A stretch of 64,000 bases of DNA from the IMG/VR virus record IMGVR_UViG_2636415425_000001, positions 32,001 through 96,000 of that record, one strand, 5' to 3'. The position numbers and the translations under genes are program-made. Every line of letters begins with the position of its first letter. The first letter of the stretch is position 1. The stretch is from a virus (Duplodnaviria > Caudoviricetes). Below, piece after piece: positions 19,661 to 29,816 of the stretch. The notes below the pieces were generated by a model. It was not told the origin of the DNA. It saw only the letters and a program-made list of their open reading frames with translations, and made no database searches.

Positions 19661-19900
19661 ATGGCAAAGCCTGATGATTTGACCGTGTACGCCTCGGCCG
19701 GATATGCCGCGCCGGATTCCACAAATCCGCACCTCTGGAGTAGCGCAACACACATTGCCTATTGCCTCGGCCAATGGTTTCACGCAACCGGCCGGCCGGC
19801 GCCGCGCGCGGTCCGCATGTCCCGCGGCCTTTCGATCCGCGCAAACGATATGCTGATACGCTGGGATGCTAAAACCGGCGCATGCGAGCGTATCAACTAA
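19661..19900 (+). CDS. Hypothetical protein
   Basis: 79 aa; SD GAGG. Confidence 0.6.
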   Translation: MAKPDDLTVYASAGYAAPDSTNPHLWSSATHIAYCLGQWFHATGRPAPRAVRMSRGLSIRANDMLIRWDAKTGACERIN

Positions 19901-19991
19901 CGCGATTTGCAGCCTATGCCGTGCACGTCACGGCATAACCGGCAAACCGCCGAAACCGCGCAATTGTGCGCAAACTGAAAAGGAAACCGCT

Positions 19992-20096
19992 ATGAAGTAT
20001 CGCAAGCATGACTCCGACCGCCGGCCGATGGACAAGCGGACTCGGCGCGCCGCGGTGCGCAACGGAAAGCGCTCGTTTCTGAATTCGTGCCTCTGA
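19992..20096 (+). CDS. Very basic 34-aa peptide
   Basis: MKYRKHDSDRRPMDKRTRRAAVRNGKRSFLNSCL after repeat A3 and SD. Confidence 0.55.
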   Translation: MKYRKHDSDRRPMDKRTRRAAVRNGKRSFLNSCL

Positions 20097-20107
20097 GGGA
20101 TACGCCA

Positions 20108-20563
20108 ATGCGATGGACGTTTGACCAATGGTTGACGGCATGCGGCGCGGAAATGTCGCTCCAGTTTAATTGGACGCTGGAGCATTCCGGGTTGCGCGGT
20201 TTCGATTGGAGCGCGGCCTATGGCCGAGGCCTCACGGTCCGCGCGGCTTGTGACGCGGCTTACGATCATGTGCAGGAAACTGCACTAGACGGCGCCGTCT
20301 ATTTCAATTGCTGCACTGGCAACACGGCGCCGGATTGGTCCGCCTTCCGTTCGCTCGAAATTGGCGGATGCAAAATGGTGAGCAATTCCGCTGGCGAAAG
20401 CTACGTGCACGGGAATCAGGCGCCGGACGATTCCGCTTTTTGGACTGTCTACGCTCGCGAGCATGACGGTTGCGCGCTGGCGATTACCGATTGCGGAATC
20501 CTCACGGAAACCCACGCGATAGCGGAAACGCTTTCCCGGCTTTCCGGCCTTCCCCTGATTTGA
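20108..20563 (+). CDS. Hypothetical protein
   Basis: 151 aa; SD GAGGG; FWTVYAR..DG..AITD motif. Confidence 0.65.
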   Translation: MRWTFDQWLTACGAEMSLQFNWTLEHSGLRGFDWSAAYGRGLTVRAACDAAYDHVQETALDGAVYFNCCTGNTAPDWSAFRSLEIGGCKMVSNSAGESYVHGNQAPDDSAFWTVYAREHDGCALAITDCGILTETHAIAETLSRLSGLPLI

Positions 20564-20655
20564 CGTTGCGACACTGCGCAGCATGTCTGCGCAGCACGGA
20601 ACGCCAAAGCGGACCAACGCGCGATTGTGCGCAAACTTGAAAAGGACAACGGCCA

Positions 20656-20898
20656 ATGCCTTGGAAACTGGAACTGCAGGAAACCCGGCGCGGTTGCCAA
20701 ATGCTGGAAACGACACCGCGCTATGACGTTCTCTTGAACGGCGCGCGAACCGGCCAGCTGTATTTCAACACGCGCGGTTATGTCGGATATCTGCCGACGC
20801 CGGCCGGCGGAAAGATCGATATCGGAGAGAAGGGAATCACGGCGTTTCGTCGCGAGGTTTCCGCGCTCAACCGGGAAGCTAGGAACCTGGCCGGCTAA
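20656..20898 (+). CDS. Hypothetical protein
   Basis: 80 aa after repeat A4. Confidence 0.7.
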   Translation: MPWKLELQETRRGCQMLETTPRYDVLLNGARTGQLYFNTRGYVGYLPTPAGGKIDIGEKGITAFRREVSALNREARNLAG

Positions 20899-20936
20899 CC
20901 CGCGCGATTGTGCGCAAATTGAAAGGACAGACTACA

Positions 20937-21128
20937 ATGGCACGATATGGCGGCGATCCGCGATGGATCATTACCAAATATCCGACCAATGACCGCAACG
21001 GCCGTTTCATCCCGGTAGGAACGCGCGCGTTCTACTATCCCGCTTCCAAACGCATGTTGACCGGCGCCGAGGCGGAACAGGCAAGCCGTGACTTTGAGGC
21101 CGCGCGCTTTGACGAAAGCATGGGGTAA
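20937..21128 (+). CDS. Hypothetical protein
   Basis: 63 aa MARYGGDPRWIITKY... after repeat A5. Confidence 0.7.
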   Translation: MARYGGDPRWIITKYPTNDRNGRFIPVGTRAFYYPASKRMLTGAEAEQASRDFEAARFDESMG

Positions 21129-21133
21129 CGGAA

Positions 21134-21433
21134 ATGGATTTTGCAGCATTCCAAGCCGCCGCGGCCGAGCTGGATAACCGGATGACAACGGCCGGCGCGC
21201 GCCTCGGCGCCGTGACAGAAAGCCTTGCGGCCGAGATGGGGATTCCGGCGCGCGGTCCGATGGGATTGACGCCCGATCGAATTAAGTTCGATCCGCGATA
21301 CCGGCTTGCGAAGGCCGCGGCCGATATCGCCTTTTCGGAACTGCGCGCATTCAATGCCCGGTATGCCCGGCGGTTCAAGAAAGAGATACGCGCCGCGATT
21401 GACGCGCGGCGCCGTGCCAAGGCAACGGCCTGA
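21134..21433 (+). CDS. Hypothetical helical protein
   Basis: 99 aa; GPMGLTPDRIKFDPRY. Confidence 0.7.
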   Translation: MDFAAFQAAAAELDNRMTTAGARLGAVTESLAAEMGIPARGPMGLTPDRIKFDPRYRLAKAAADIAFSELRAFNARYARRFKKEIRAAIDARRRAKATA

Positions 21434-21497
21434 CCTGGCCTCGGCCTTCCCTCAATTCTCGGCGCGATTGTGCGCAAATCAGAAAGGACAATGGACC

Positions 21498-22589
21498 ATG
21501 CAACAGGTTGATTTGATCGCGGCAAAGGCTGCAAAGGCAACGGAACGGCGCGCGCTCGCAATCGTCGCGTATGACAACGCAACAGCGAATCCCGATTGCG
21601 CGAACTGGCGCGCGGTTGCCGATTTGCTTAGGCTCGCATTGCCGGCGCCGAAAGCCGGATCCGCCGCGGCCAAGATCCCGGACGGCGCGGCCGATCATTG
21701 GGCGGACTATGTGATTCCGGCAAGCGCGACCAAACGTCTAGGCAAATCGCCTATTATCGTTGTCACGTTCTCTTGCGGCGCCGTGGTACGCGCGCCGGCA
21801 GTTTCCCTTCCCGGCAAGCCGGTCAATATCGGCCGCGGCTTGCGTGTTGCCTTTGCCTTCTACCGGGCACGGATCGCACGGGAATTCGGCAAGGCCTCGG
21901 CCATTGGTTCCGATTGTGTCGCGGTTCCGGCCATCGTTTCCGTTGCCTGTGACGTTGCCGGCGCCGAGTATTCCGCCGAGGAATGCAACGCGCGAACGGC
22001 CGAATTCCGCCGCGGCCGTTTCGATCATATCGCGCTTTCGGCCGAGGCCTCGGCCTTGCCGGAAACCGCCGAGGCCGGCGAGTTGACGCGCGCCGACTTC
22101 TACCGCGGCCATTACCTCATTGCCTCGGCCGAGGCCGAGATTTTGGCCGGCGCCAATGAGGATCACGCGGCCGAGCTCGGCGCGCAGATTGCCGACTATC
22201 GGTCGCGTCTCGGCGGTATGGCCTGGCTGGAGATTGAAGCGCGGCGCCGCGCCATCATTCGCGCGGCCGAGGCCGAGGCGAAAGCCGCGGCAAAGGCCGA
22301 GGCCGAGGCCGGCCGGCGCGCCGAGCAAGAGGCCGAGGCCCGCGCAGCTGCAGCCGAGGCCGAGGCGTCGCGGTTGCGGCTTGTCGCGGACAATTCCGCC
22401 AGCGTCGAAACCGCGTCGGCTTCCCTCCCGGATACGGCCGATTCCCTCCCGGTTGCGCCCGCGCCCAAATCGATCGCGCCTATCCCGGTTGCGCCTTCCC
22501 GCGCCGCGCGCTTCCTGGCCTCGTCATCGCTCGGCGCGCCTCGGCCTTCCCTCCCGGTTGCGCCTTTCTGCGCGATCCGCGCCAGCTAG
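21498..22589 (+). CDS. Hypothetical protein with Ala/Glu coiled coil
   Basis: 363 aa after repeat A6. Confidence 0.7.
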   Translation: MQQVDLIAAKAAKATERRALAIVAYDNATANPDCANWRAVADLLRLALPAPKAGSAAAKIPDGAADHWADYVIPASATKRLGKSPIIVVTFSCGAVVRAPAVSLPGKPVNIGRGLRVAFAFYRARIAREFGKASAIGSDCVAVPAIVSVACDVAGAEYSAEECNARTAEFRRGRFDHIALSAEASALPETAEAGELTRADFYRGHYLIASAEAEILAGANEDHAAELGAQIADYRSRLGGMAWLEIEARRRAIIRAAEAEAKAAAKAEAEAGRRAEQEAEARAAAAEAEASRLRLVADNSASVETASASLPDTADSLPVAPAPKSIAPIPVAPSRAARFLASSSLGAPRPSLPVAPFCAIRAS

Positions 22590-22604
22590 TCGGAGTCGCC
22601 AGCA

Positions 22605-22802
22605 ATGCGAGCCTATGGATTCGATATCTTGCCCGATGGCGCAAAGTTTCGCCTGATTGATCGCTGCGAATTCAACAATTGGGGCGAGCTATCGCCGCGG
22701 TTTGATACTCCAGCCGAGGCCGAGGAATACGCGCGCCGCTGCGACGAATTCAAGCGCGGCAAGCGTTCAAGCGTCGAATTGCGCGCTTGGGAACTGCACT
22801 AG
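22605..22802 (+). CDS. Hypothetical protein
   Basis: 65 aa; SD GGAG; FDTPAEAEEYA motif. Confidence 0.6.
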   Translation: MRAYGFDILPDGAKFRLIDRCEFNNWGELSPRFDTPAEAEEYARRCDEFKRGKRSSVELRAWELH

Positions 22803-22872
22803 GCCGCGGCGCGCCTCGGCCTCACGGAATGCAACACGCGCGATTGTGCGCAAACGGAAAGGAAAACAGACC

Positions 22873-23286
22873 ATGCGGAAGCCGAATCCCAACAAAGAGA
22901 AGGCCGCGCAGCTGGCGCGCCAGATTGCCAACATGACGGAAGAGCAGAAGGCGATTTGGCTGCAGCGCGCGCCGATCCTCACCGCGGACGCGCGGCCGAT
23001 ATCCGGGAAAAATCACATGCTGGCGGCGATGCAATGCGAAGGCGCAACCATGCTCGGCGGCTTCAATCAATGGCTTTCCGCCGGTCGCGTGGTGCGCAAA
23101 GGCGAGTCCGCAATCTACATTTTCGCGCCGTCCGGCCGGCGCGCGACGGCCGAGACCTCGGCGGCGCCGAGCGCGGAAGGCGCCGCGGCCGAGGCCGTGG
23201 CGGAGTCCGTGCGGTTTATCCTGGTCCCGGTTTTCGACGTCTCGCAAACCGAGGAAAAGCCGGCCGAGCAAGCCGCCGCGGCCTAG
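22873..23286 (+). CDS. ArdC-like (N-terminal ssDNA-binding domain) anti-restriction protein
   Basis: SGKN..LA...GGFNQWLSAGRVVRKGESAIYIFAP...VPVFDVSQTE signature; follows repeat A7. Confidence 0.8.
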   Translation: MRKPNPNKEKAAQLARQIANMTEEQKAIWLQRAPILTADARPISGKNHMLAAMQCEGATMLGGFNQWLSAGRVVRKGESAIYIFAPSGRRATAETSAAPSAEGAAAEAVAESVRFILVPVFDVSQTEEKPAEQAAAA

Positions 23287-23371
23287 TCCCGGGTACGGCC
23301 GATTTCCCCAATCCCTCGGCTACGGCCGATTTTCTCGGCGCAATTGTGCGCAAACCAAAGGAGCTAACGAC

Positions 23372-23641
23372 ATGCCGAAATTGATTCTCGATTGCCACCC
23401 CGCAACCGTCCAGGGCGATTGCATCTTGACGTCCATCATGCAAGCCGGCCCCGTGGCGCGCCTCGTTGTCGATATCGCGCGCGCCGCGGACGCCGAAAGG
23501 GAATTCGCGGATTACTGCAAGAGCATTGAGGCAACCGGCAAGCCGGCGAGCGTTTCAATGCGGATCGCCCGCGCCGATCGCTCCCCGCCTGGCTTCAAGA
23601 AACTGAAGGGCGCGGCCGGCTTTCACAGTGTCAATTGCTGA
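23372..23641 (+). CDS. Hypothetical protein
   Basis: 89 aa after a repeat B pair and A8. Confidence 0.7.
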   Translation: MPKLILDCHPATVQGDCILTSIMQAGPVARLVVDIARAADAEREFADYCKSIEATGKPASVSMRIARADRSPPGFKKLKGAAGFHSVNC

Positions 23642-23651
23642 GGGCGCCGAA

Positions 23652-23846
23652 ATGACTTTCCGCGCCTATGACTTTCCTGCGGCCGTCATCCGGATTTATG
23701 CGGATGGCAGCTGCAGGGAGTTTCCGAAATGGTGCCTAATGATAAGCGTCGAACGCTCGCGCGCCTATGTCGCCAGTGCACTGCGCGAGTTGCGCAGCTA
23801 TCGGCGGCGCCTCGCCGCTGAACCGCTTCGCCCCGCCGCCGCCTGA
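23652..23846 (+). CDS. Hypothetical protein
   Basis: 64 aa; SD GAGGG. Confidence 0.55.
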   Translation: MTFRAYDFPAAVIRIYADGSCREFPKWCLMISVERSRAYVASALRELRSYRRRLAAEPLRPAAA

Positions 23847-23874
23847 TTTCCCATCACAGAACAAAGGAACCGTT

Positions 23875-24282
23875 ATGCATCTCACCTTGCCCCGCTCGCC
23901 GCTCGCCGCGCTCGTTAACGAGGCCTCAAAGTATCGATGGCGCATCCGCTACGCGCTGCAGCGCTACGGCGTAGCCTGGCGCTACGCTCGCCAGCGCTCA
24001 ACCCGCGATGACGGATTGACGCTGCTTTTCGACGCCGAGCATATCGCCGGGATTTACGGCCTCGCCTGCTTGTCCGAGGAATCCGTTTTGGATCGCGCGC
24101 GCGACCTATACGGCGACATTCCCGGTCTTGAGCGATGGGCGGCGGACGCTTGCGCGCGCGTCAACTCGAAACATGGCGGCGGCGATGGCGAAATGATCGG
24201 CGCGGCGGAAGATTGGGCGCTTGAACTGATGGCCGAATACGCCGCGCACGATGGCGTGACGCTGGCAGAACTCGCCGAGTAA
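23875..24282 (+). CDS. Hypothetical protein
   Basis: 135 aa; SD AAAGGA. Confidence 0.7.
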   Translation: MHLTLPRSPLAALVNEASKYRWRIRYALQRYGVAWRYARQRSTRDDGLTLLFDAEHIAGIYGLACLSEESVLDRARDLYGDIPGLERWAADACARVNSKHGGGDGEMIGAAEDWALELMAEYAAHDGVTLAELAE

Positions 24283-24289
24283 CCCCCGG

Positions 24290-24313
24290 CGCCGGCTGAT
24301 TCCCCAGCCGGCG
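24290..24313. terminator. GC-rich hairpin after ORF 23875..24282
   Basis: CGCCGGCTG-ATTCCC-CAGCCGGCG; no clear U-tract. Confidence 0.35.
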
Positions 24314-24419
24314 CGACACCTCCCGACTACGGCCGATTTTGCGCGGTGGATGACGCGCGGACCTGGCCGCAGCCGCTCAACCATCCGCGCAATAGTGCGC
24401 AAAGCGAAAGGACGCTCCC

Positions 24420-24653
24420 ATGAGAACGATTAAGCCCGCGACACGCGACAATGCAATCCAACTCAACAACGCAATAGCGCTGATGAAGAAGGCCCGCGGC
24501 TGGTTGCGCGGCGCCGATAGCCCGAAAGCGTTGGAAGCGCTGCAAGCGGCGCTGAAGAGCGCCGAGGGCGCAAAGCGACACATGCAGCACAGACTCAACC
24601 GGGCCAATCCGCCTGGCCTTCGCGCGCCCGGCGTCGATCACATGCCGGGATAG
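24420..24653 (+). CDS. Hypothetical helical protein
   Basis: 77 aa after repeat A9. Confidence 0.7.
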   Translation: MRTIKPATRDNAIQLNNAIALMKKARGWLRGADSPKALEALQAALKSAEGAKRHMQHRLNRANPPGLRAPGVDHMPG

Positions 24654-24718
24654 CCTCCGGGCTACGGCTGATTTTCCACCCCTCGCATACGGCTAATTTT
24701 CACAAGGAGATCACCATC

Positions 24719-25624
24719 ATGAGCACAATCACGATTTGGACTTGCACCACGGAAGGCGACAACTGCGGGACCGAAACCACGGTGCACGCAACCCAAGGCG
24801 AGGCCGTGGACTACGTGCGCGCAGCGCTCCGCGATATTCTCAAAAACCGCAGACCCGAGCGCCTGGCAGCGATCGCGGCGGCGACCGCCGAGAACATCAA
24901 AGAACTCTGGGAAGATGCGGTTGACGGACCTTGCATCATCGAAGAGCAGTCCGTGACGCTTCCGCCCTTTGCGGTCGCGATCTACGAAACCCGCTACGGC
25001 GACGAAACGCGCCTCTACGCCAACACGGACGACGCGCAGACCTGGCGCCGCGAGATCGCCGCCGAGAACTGGGCGGCGCGGATGGACGAGGAACGGCCGG
25101 CCGATGCCGACGAGACCGCAGACGCCTATTTCCATCACGTCGGCGAGGCGCGCGGCGACTTCTTCCGGGTCGAAGAGCTGGAGATGATCGGCGGCACAGT
25201 CCCGGTTGCGCCTGCCCAGGACTGGCGCCAGATCGCCCGCGACTTGGCCGGCGCGCTCGATGCATGCACCCATCAGATTGGCCAGATGCGCGGCATGTTC
25301 GACGACGAGGACGGCACGATTGCGGAAGCAGTTTCCGACGCTGACGCCGCCTCCGAAGCCTACCGCCGAGCCGCCGCCGGCCTCCCGGCTGCGCCCGCGC
25401 TGCAGCCCATCGGTCAAGATGACCGCGCCTGCTCGGAAGGCTGGGGCCTCTTCGAGAACAGCGACACAGGCCGGCTTGAGATTCAGGCCGACGCCGAGTC
25501 CTCAATCTTTGTGCGTGACGGCGTGAGCCACGACGACGAGGCCGAGGCATTCGTAAAAGCAAAGGCCGCCGAGGGCAGCGAGTACCACGCCGCGGCGCTC
25601 GCCCGTGTCGGTACGGCCCAATAG
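24719..25624 (+). CDS. Acidic multi-module hypothetical protein
   Basis: 301 aa, very Asp/Glu-rich; SD AAGGAG after a repeat B pair. Confidence 0.75.
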   Translation: MSTITIWTCTTEGDNCGTETTVHATQGEAVDYVRAALRDILKNRRPERLAAIAAATAENIKELWEDAVDGPCIIEEQSVTLPPFAVAIYETRYGDETRLYANTDDAQTWRREIAAENWAARMDEERPADADETADAYFHHVGEARGDFFRVEELEMIGGTVPVAPAQDWRQIARDLAGALDACTHQIGQMRGMFDDEDGTIAEAVSDADAASEAYRRAAAGLPAAPALQPIGQDDRACSEGWGLFENSDTGRLEIQADAESSIFVRDGVSHDDEAEAFVKAKAAEGSEYHAAALARVGTAQ

Positions 25625-25683
25625 GCCCGGCTACGATCGATTTTCCACCCCCGAGCTACGGCCGATTTTGAGGAGCAGCACAC

Positions 25684-25875
25684 ATGCACTTGAGCGAGAC
25701 GACAAACGGAAAGCTGGCGGAGGTCTCAACCCAGATTGAGGAGCTAATCCGCTGGGCTGAAGCGGACGCCGAGCACGCCCGCGAAAACGACGCGCGTCAA
25801 ACCGCGCGAGATGATCGGAGCCGCGCCGCGAAGCTCCGCAAGGCGCTCGCCCTGGTGCGAGCGTGCGAGCGATAG
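25684..25875 (+). CDS. Hypothetical coiled-coil protein
   Basis: 63 aa; SD GAGGAG after a repeat B pair. Confidence 0.65.
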   Translation: MHLSETTNGKLAEVSTQIEELIRWAEADAEHARENDARQTARDDRSRAAKLRKALALVRACER

Positions 25876-25952
25876 CCACTTGACACCGCCGGCAATCTGA
25901 CTCATTGAACAACCCCCGCGCGATTGTGCGCAAATTGAAAGGATGAAGACAC

Positions 25953-28316
25953 ATGCAGCATTCCGCCACCTATTCGCCCGATGATAACAAGCTGCGCCTT
26001 TACCCGGCGCACCGGCTCGACGCCGAGGAGCACGCGCGCGTAAAGGCGCACGGCTTCAAATGGGCGCCGCGTCAAGAATTGTTCGTTGCGCCGATGTGGA
26101 CGCCAGAACGCGAAGACCTGCTGATTGAGATGTGCGGCGAGATCGGCGACGAGGACAAGAGCCTGGTAGAGCGCGCCGAGGATCGCGCCGACCGTTTCGA
26201 CGAATACAGCGACAAGCGGCTGTCGGAAGCTAACCGCGCGCGCGAGGCCGTGGACCAGATCGCGGAGCGGTTCGCGATGGGGCAGCCGATTTTGGTCGGC
26301 CATCATTCCGAGAAGAGCGCACGCAAGGACAAGGAGCGGATGGACTCCGGCATGCGCAAGGCAATCAAGCTGTGGGACACTTCCAAATATTGGACGGCCC
26401 GCGCCGAGGGCGCCATCGCCCACGCGAAATACAAGGAACTGCCGGCGGTGCGTCATCGCCGCATCAAGGGCATTGAGTCCGATAAGCGGAAGCTGGAGCG
26501 CCAGCAGGCCGAGACCGAAAGGCAGCTGAAAGCCTGGCAGATCGTCGCCGGCATCACGGACCCGGAGAAGCAGCGCGCGGCCGGTTTGGCCGTGGCCAAC
26601 ACCGGCGGTTATTGGTCGATGTCGTTTCCGCTGGCCGACTATCCGCGCGACCCGCCGGCCTCGCAGTATGAGGGACCGATGGGCCTTTGGTCGGCGATTG
26701 AAGGGAACGTCATCACCGCCGCCCAGGCCGCCGCTATCGCAATTCCTGGCCTGGAGCGCGGCGGGCCTCGGCGGGAGCGCTGGATTGCGCACTATGACAA
26801 CCGGCTGGCCTATGAACGGGCGATGTTGGCCGAGCAGATCGGCGCGGAGGCCACTGCCAACCCGCTTGCAGACCGTTTCGCCTTCGCCGTTGGTGGTCAG
26901 GTGCAAACCCGCCGCAGCGACGATTGGCTTACGATTGTGAAGGTCAGCAAGGGCGCTAACGGCTCGGTTTCCAGCATTCAAACCGCAGCCCCGTCAGGAT
27001 CGCGCGGGCGCGGCGTTTACTGGAAGGTCGAAAGCGTCCGCGACTATCGCGCGCCGACCGCCGAGAACGTCGCCGCGGCGAAGGCCGCCACGAAGCTCCC
27101 GCCGATTTGCAACTATCCCGGCGAGGGATTCCGCGAAATGACTGAAGCCGAATGGAAGGCGCGCCGGCAGTTCTCGGATTTCTCCTATATCGGCACGGTG
27201 AAGGCGACCGAGACCCAAGGCGCGCACCGCGTCCGCCAGATGCCGACGCCCGGCGAGTTCTGGAAGGCGCAAAAGGTTTTCATCACGGATGCAAAGCGCG
27301 TCGATCCGCCCAAGATCGCGCCGGCACCAGAGCCGACCGAACCGGCCGAATTTGTGGCTGAGTATGTCGCGCCGCCCGCGGTCGATCTTGACGCCATGCT
27401 GGCCACGGTCGGCGAAATCGTGGGCGCGCCGGTCGAGGCCGCGGCCCAGGACGAGCCCGAGGCCGCGCCGGCGCTGGCCCCGGATGCGCCCGCGGAAGAA
27501 CCGCGACGCCTCGGCGACGCCAAGGCGGAGGCGCAGCGCATCGGCGCGGAGATCATCACCGGACTCGGCCAATTCCGTGTTGGCCTCGGCCAGCACGTTA
27601 CCGACTGGTGCGACGACGAGGCGACCGCCTGGCGGCAGTTCTGCGGACTGGCTGGCGTGCCGTTTGAGGCCGAGGCCGTGCCGGCTGATCTGCGGCCGCG
27701 CGTTCTCGCCCCGGTCCCGGATACGGCCGATTTGCCGGCGCCGACCGCGGCGGACAGTTTCGAGGCCATGCGGGCGATGTTGAAGGGCGGCGGCGTGCAA
27801 GTCGTCGTCGCGCCTCAACTCTTCCCGACGTCGGACGAACTCGCCGCGGACGTTGCGGAGGCCGCGGACATCCGGCCCGGGCAACGCATCTTGGAGCCGA
27901 GCGCCGGAACCGGCGCCCTGATCGAGGCTGCGCGCAACTGCGCCAATGATCTGCAGGTGGTGGCGGTCGAGATCAACACGAAGCTGTGCCATGCATTGGC
28001 GGACCGCTTCACCGGCATGCAAATGACCGTCATCAATGCGGACTTTCTCGACATGGCCGGCGTCACGGACAAGTTTGATCGGATCATCATGAATCCGCCT
28101 TTCGAGCGCGGCGCCGATATCAAGCATATCGAGAACGCGCGGCGGTTTCTGAAGCCTAACGGCCGCCTGGTCGCCATCTGTGCCGACGGCCCGCGCCAGC
28201 GCGCGAAGCTCGAACCGATCGCGGTGGAGTATCGCGCCCTGCCCGCGGGATCCTTCAAGGCTGCTGGCACCATGGTCAACACGGCGTTGGTCGTGATCGA
28301 CGGGCCGCCGGGATAG
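25953..28316 (+). CDS. DUF3560-domain protein fused to an amino-DNA methyltransferase
   Basis: GQPILVGHHSEKSARKD (DUF3560-like); C-terminal QLFPT, ILEPSAGTG (motif I) and IIMNPPF (motif IV). Confidence 0.85.
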   Translation: MQHSATYSPDDNKLRLYPAHRLDAEEHARVKAHGFKWAPRQELFVAPMWTPEREDLLIEMCGEIGDEDKSLVERAEDRADRFDEYSDKRLSEANRAREAVDQIAERFAMGQPILVGHHSEKSARKDKERMDSGMRKAIKLWDTSKYWTARAEGAIAHAKYKELPAVRHRRIKGIESDKRKLERQQAETERQLKAWQIVAGITDPEKQRAAGLAVANTGGYWSMSFPLADYPRDPPASQYEGPMGLWSAIEGNVITAAQAAAIAIPGLERGGPRRERWIAHYDNRLAYERAMLAEQIGAEATANPLADRFAFAVGGQVQTRRSDDWLTIVKVSKGANGSVSSIQTAAPSGSRGRGVYWKVESVRDYRAPTAENVAAAKAATKLPPICNYPGEGFREMTEAEWKARRQFSDFSYIGTVKATETQGAHRVRQMPTPGEFWKAQKVFITDAKRVDPPKIAPAPEPTEPAEFVAEYVAPPAVDLDAMLATVGEIVGAPVEAAAQDEPEAAPALAPDAPAEEPRRLGDAKAEAQRIGAEIITGLGQFRVGLGQHVTDWCDDEATAWRQFCGLAGVPFEAEAVPADLRPRVLAPVPDTADLPAPTAADSFEAMRAMLKGGGVQVVVAPQLFPTSDELAADVAEAADIRPGQRILEPSAGTGALIEAARNCANDLQVVAVEINTKLCHALADRFTGMQMTVINADFLDMAGVTDKFDRIIMNPPFERGADIKHIENARRFLKPNGRLVAICADGPRQRAKLEPIAVEYRALPAGSFKAAGTMVNTALVVIDGPPG

Positions 28317-28391
28317 TCCCGGCTGCGCCCTCCCGCTTACGACCGATTTCCAAACCCTCCCGGCTACGATCGATTTTGAAAGGAACACAGC

Positions 28392-28886
28392 ATGCCTGAC
28401 CGTTTCGAATACACTTCGGAAGAGCGGATGTTGCTCGCCCGCCTGGCCCAAGGCCGGCAAACCGACCGGGATTGCATCCCTGAGCGCGTGCTCGTCAATC
28501 GAGGCATGGCGCGCCGGGTCGATCCCGGAGAGATCGAGATCACACCAGCCGGTCGCGACGAGCTCGCACGGATCGCCTCGAGCGCTGCTTTCTCCGGTCC
28601 AATCGACGGCGCACGCGCCGGCATCATCGAGGCGCTCGGCGGCGCGTTCGCAACGCCTCCGGCTTCGCCACCGCCTGGCCGGCAACTGACCGACGATGAG
28701 AAGGCCTTCATCGCTCGCATGGCGCCGCACGTCATGGCCGGCAAGACCCTCGAGGAAGCCGGGGCGGCCGTCCTCCAGGATGATGAACGCTTGTGGCTGA
28801 CCGCCATGGAGGATTCGGACGTCGGCCGCGCGATCCGCGGCGAGCTCGCCAAGGCGACATACGTCGCAGCGCGCGCGAAGCCATAG
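28392..28886 (+). CDS. Hypothetical protein (possible wHTH N-terminus)
   Basis: 164 aa; LVNRGMA...EITPAGRDEL. Confidence 0.65.
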   Translation: MPDRFEYTSEERMLLARLAQGRQTDRDCIPERVLVNRGMARRVDPGEIEITPAGRDELARIASSAAFSGPIDGARAGIIEALGGAFATPPASPPPGRQLTDDEKAFIARMAPHVMAGKTLEEAGAAVLQDDERLWLTAMEDSDVGRAIRGELAKATYVAARAKP

Positions 28887-28959
28887 GCGCGGCTGCCCCG
28901 ACTACGACTGATTTCCCATCACCCCCTCGGCTACGGCCGATTTGAAAGGAGAATTACCC

Positions 28960-29331
28960 ATGCTCGTCACCGTCAAGGCCGGCGCCAAGGTGGAAGGCCA
29001 CACCTTCAGCCAGGACTCGAACCAAAACTTTGGGCGGGAGAAAGCCGAAGGCCTGATCAAAGATGGCCGCGCAAGGCCCGCGGCGTTCGACGCCGAGGGA
29101 ATCTGCCGGATCAACACGCGGTTCGAAGCATGGCTCAACGAACATGGCGCGCTCGCGATCGGGTCTTGCGGCGATGCCTTTCTGCATCTCTCGCCGGAAT
29201 TTCCGTTGGCTTACTTGCCCGAGGCACTGCAAGCCTATCAAGCGGGGCACCACCACGGCATGAGTTACGGCCGCAGCAAACTGCAGAACGAGCTTCTGAA
29301 CTTGCTCGGGGCCGAGCCATGCAAGATATGA
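28960..29331 (+). CDS. Hypothetical protein
   Basis: 123 aa; SD AAAGGAG after a repeat B pair. Confidence 0.65.
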   Translation: MLVTVKAGAKVEGHTFSQDSNQNFGREKAEGLIKDGRARPAAFDAEGICRINTRFEAWLNEHGALAIGSCGDAFLHLSPEFPLAYLPEALQAYQAGHHHGMSYGRSKLQNELLNLLGAEPCKI

Positions 29332-29606
29332 CGGGGGAAGAGACAGTCACCGCGGCCGGCTACAGGGTTGCCACTCGCGCCGAGTTCGATGCCGCCACCG
29401 ACGTGCCCGCGGGCGTGCGCCTGGTGGCCGATCGCCTCTTCAAACGCTGGGGCGGCGACTTCGTTGTTTACGATCCGGCCGGCGGTGATGACGGCTGGCT
29501 GCTGATCGACGACGACCGCGAGCAGATCATAGGCGAGACCGTGGAACACCTCGGACGGCTCAAACCTGAGCCGACTGCGCCGCCGGCACAAGGCTCGCTG
29601 TTTTGA
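29328..29606 (+). CDS. Hypothetical protein with C-terminal QGSLF
   Basis: 92 aa; ATGA-coupled. Confidence 0.65.
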   Translation: MTGEETVTAAGYRVATRAEFDAATDVPAGVRLVADRLFKRWGGDFVVYDPAGGDDGWLLIDDDREQIIGETVEHLGRLKPEPTAPPAQGSLF

Positions 29607-29642
29607 CACCCGGATACGATCGATTTTGAAAGGAGACCGAGC

Positions 29643-29816
29643 ATGCCGCGGAACTGGATCGTGCGCGAGCGCCACCCATTCGATGATGGATACTGGGCGC
29701 GCTATGACGGCAAACGCCGCCCCAACAAGTCATTGACCGAGAAACGTGAGGGCTGGGAGGCTTGCGACCGCGAGATTGCCGAAGAAGCCCACGACGCTGA
29801 GGAGGCTGTGCTATGA
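29643..29816 (+). CDS. Small hypothetical protein (absent from the ORF track)
   Basis: MPRNWIVRERHPFDDGYWARYDGKRRPNK...EGWEACD, 57 aa; SD AAGGAG after repeat B. Confidence 0.6.
   Translation: MPRNWIVRERHPFDDGYWARYDGKRRPNKSLTEKREGWEACDREIAEEAHDAEEAVL

Noticed and set aside
18175-22830. Frequent GCCGAGG/CCTCGGC heptamers in both orientations
   Set aside because: Many copies are explained by Ala-Glu-Ala, Ala-Ser-Ala and Leu-Gly codons in Ala-rich ORFs; enrichment cannot be supported without a computed background.
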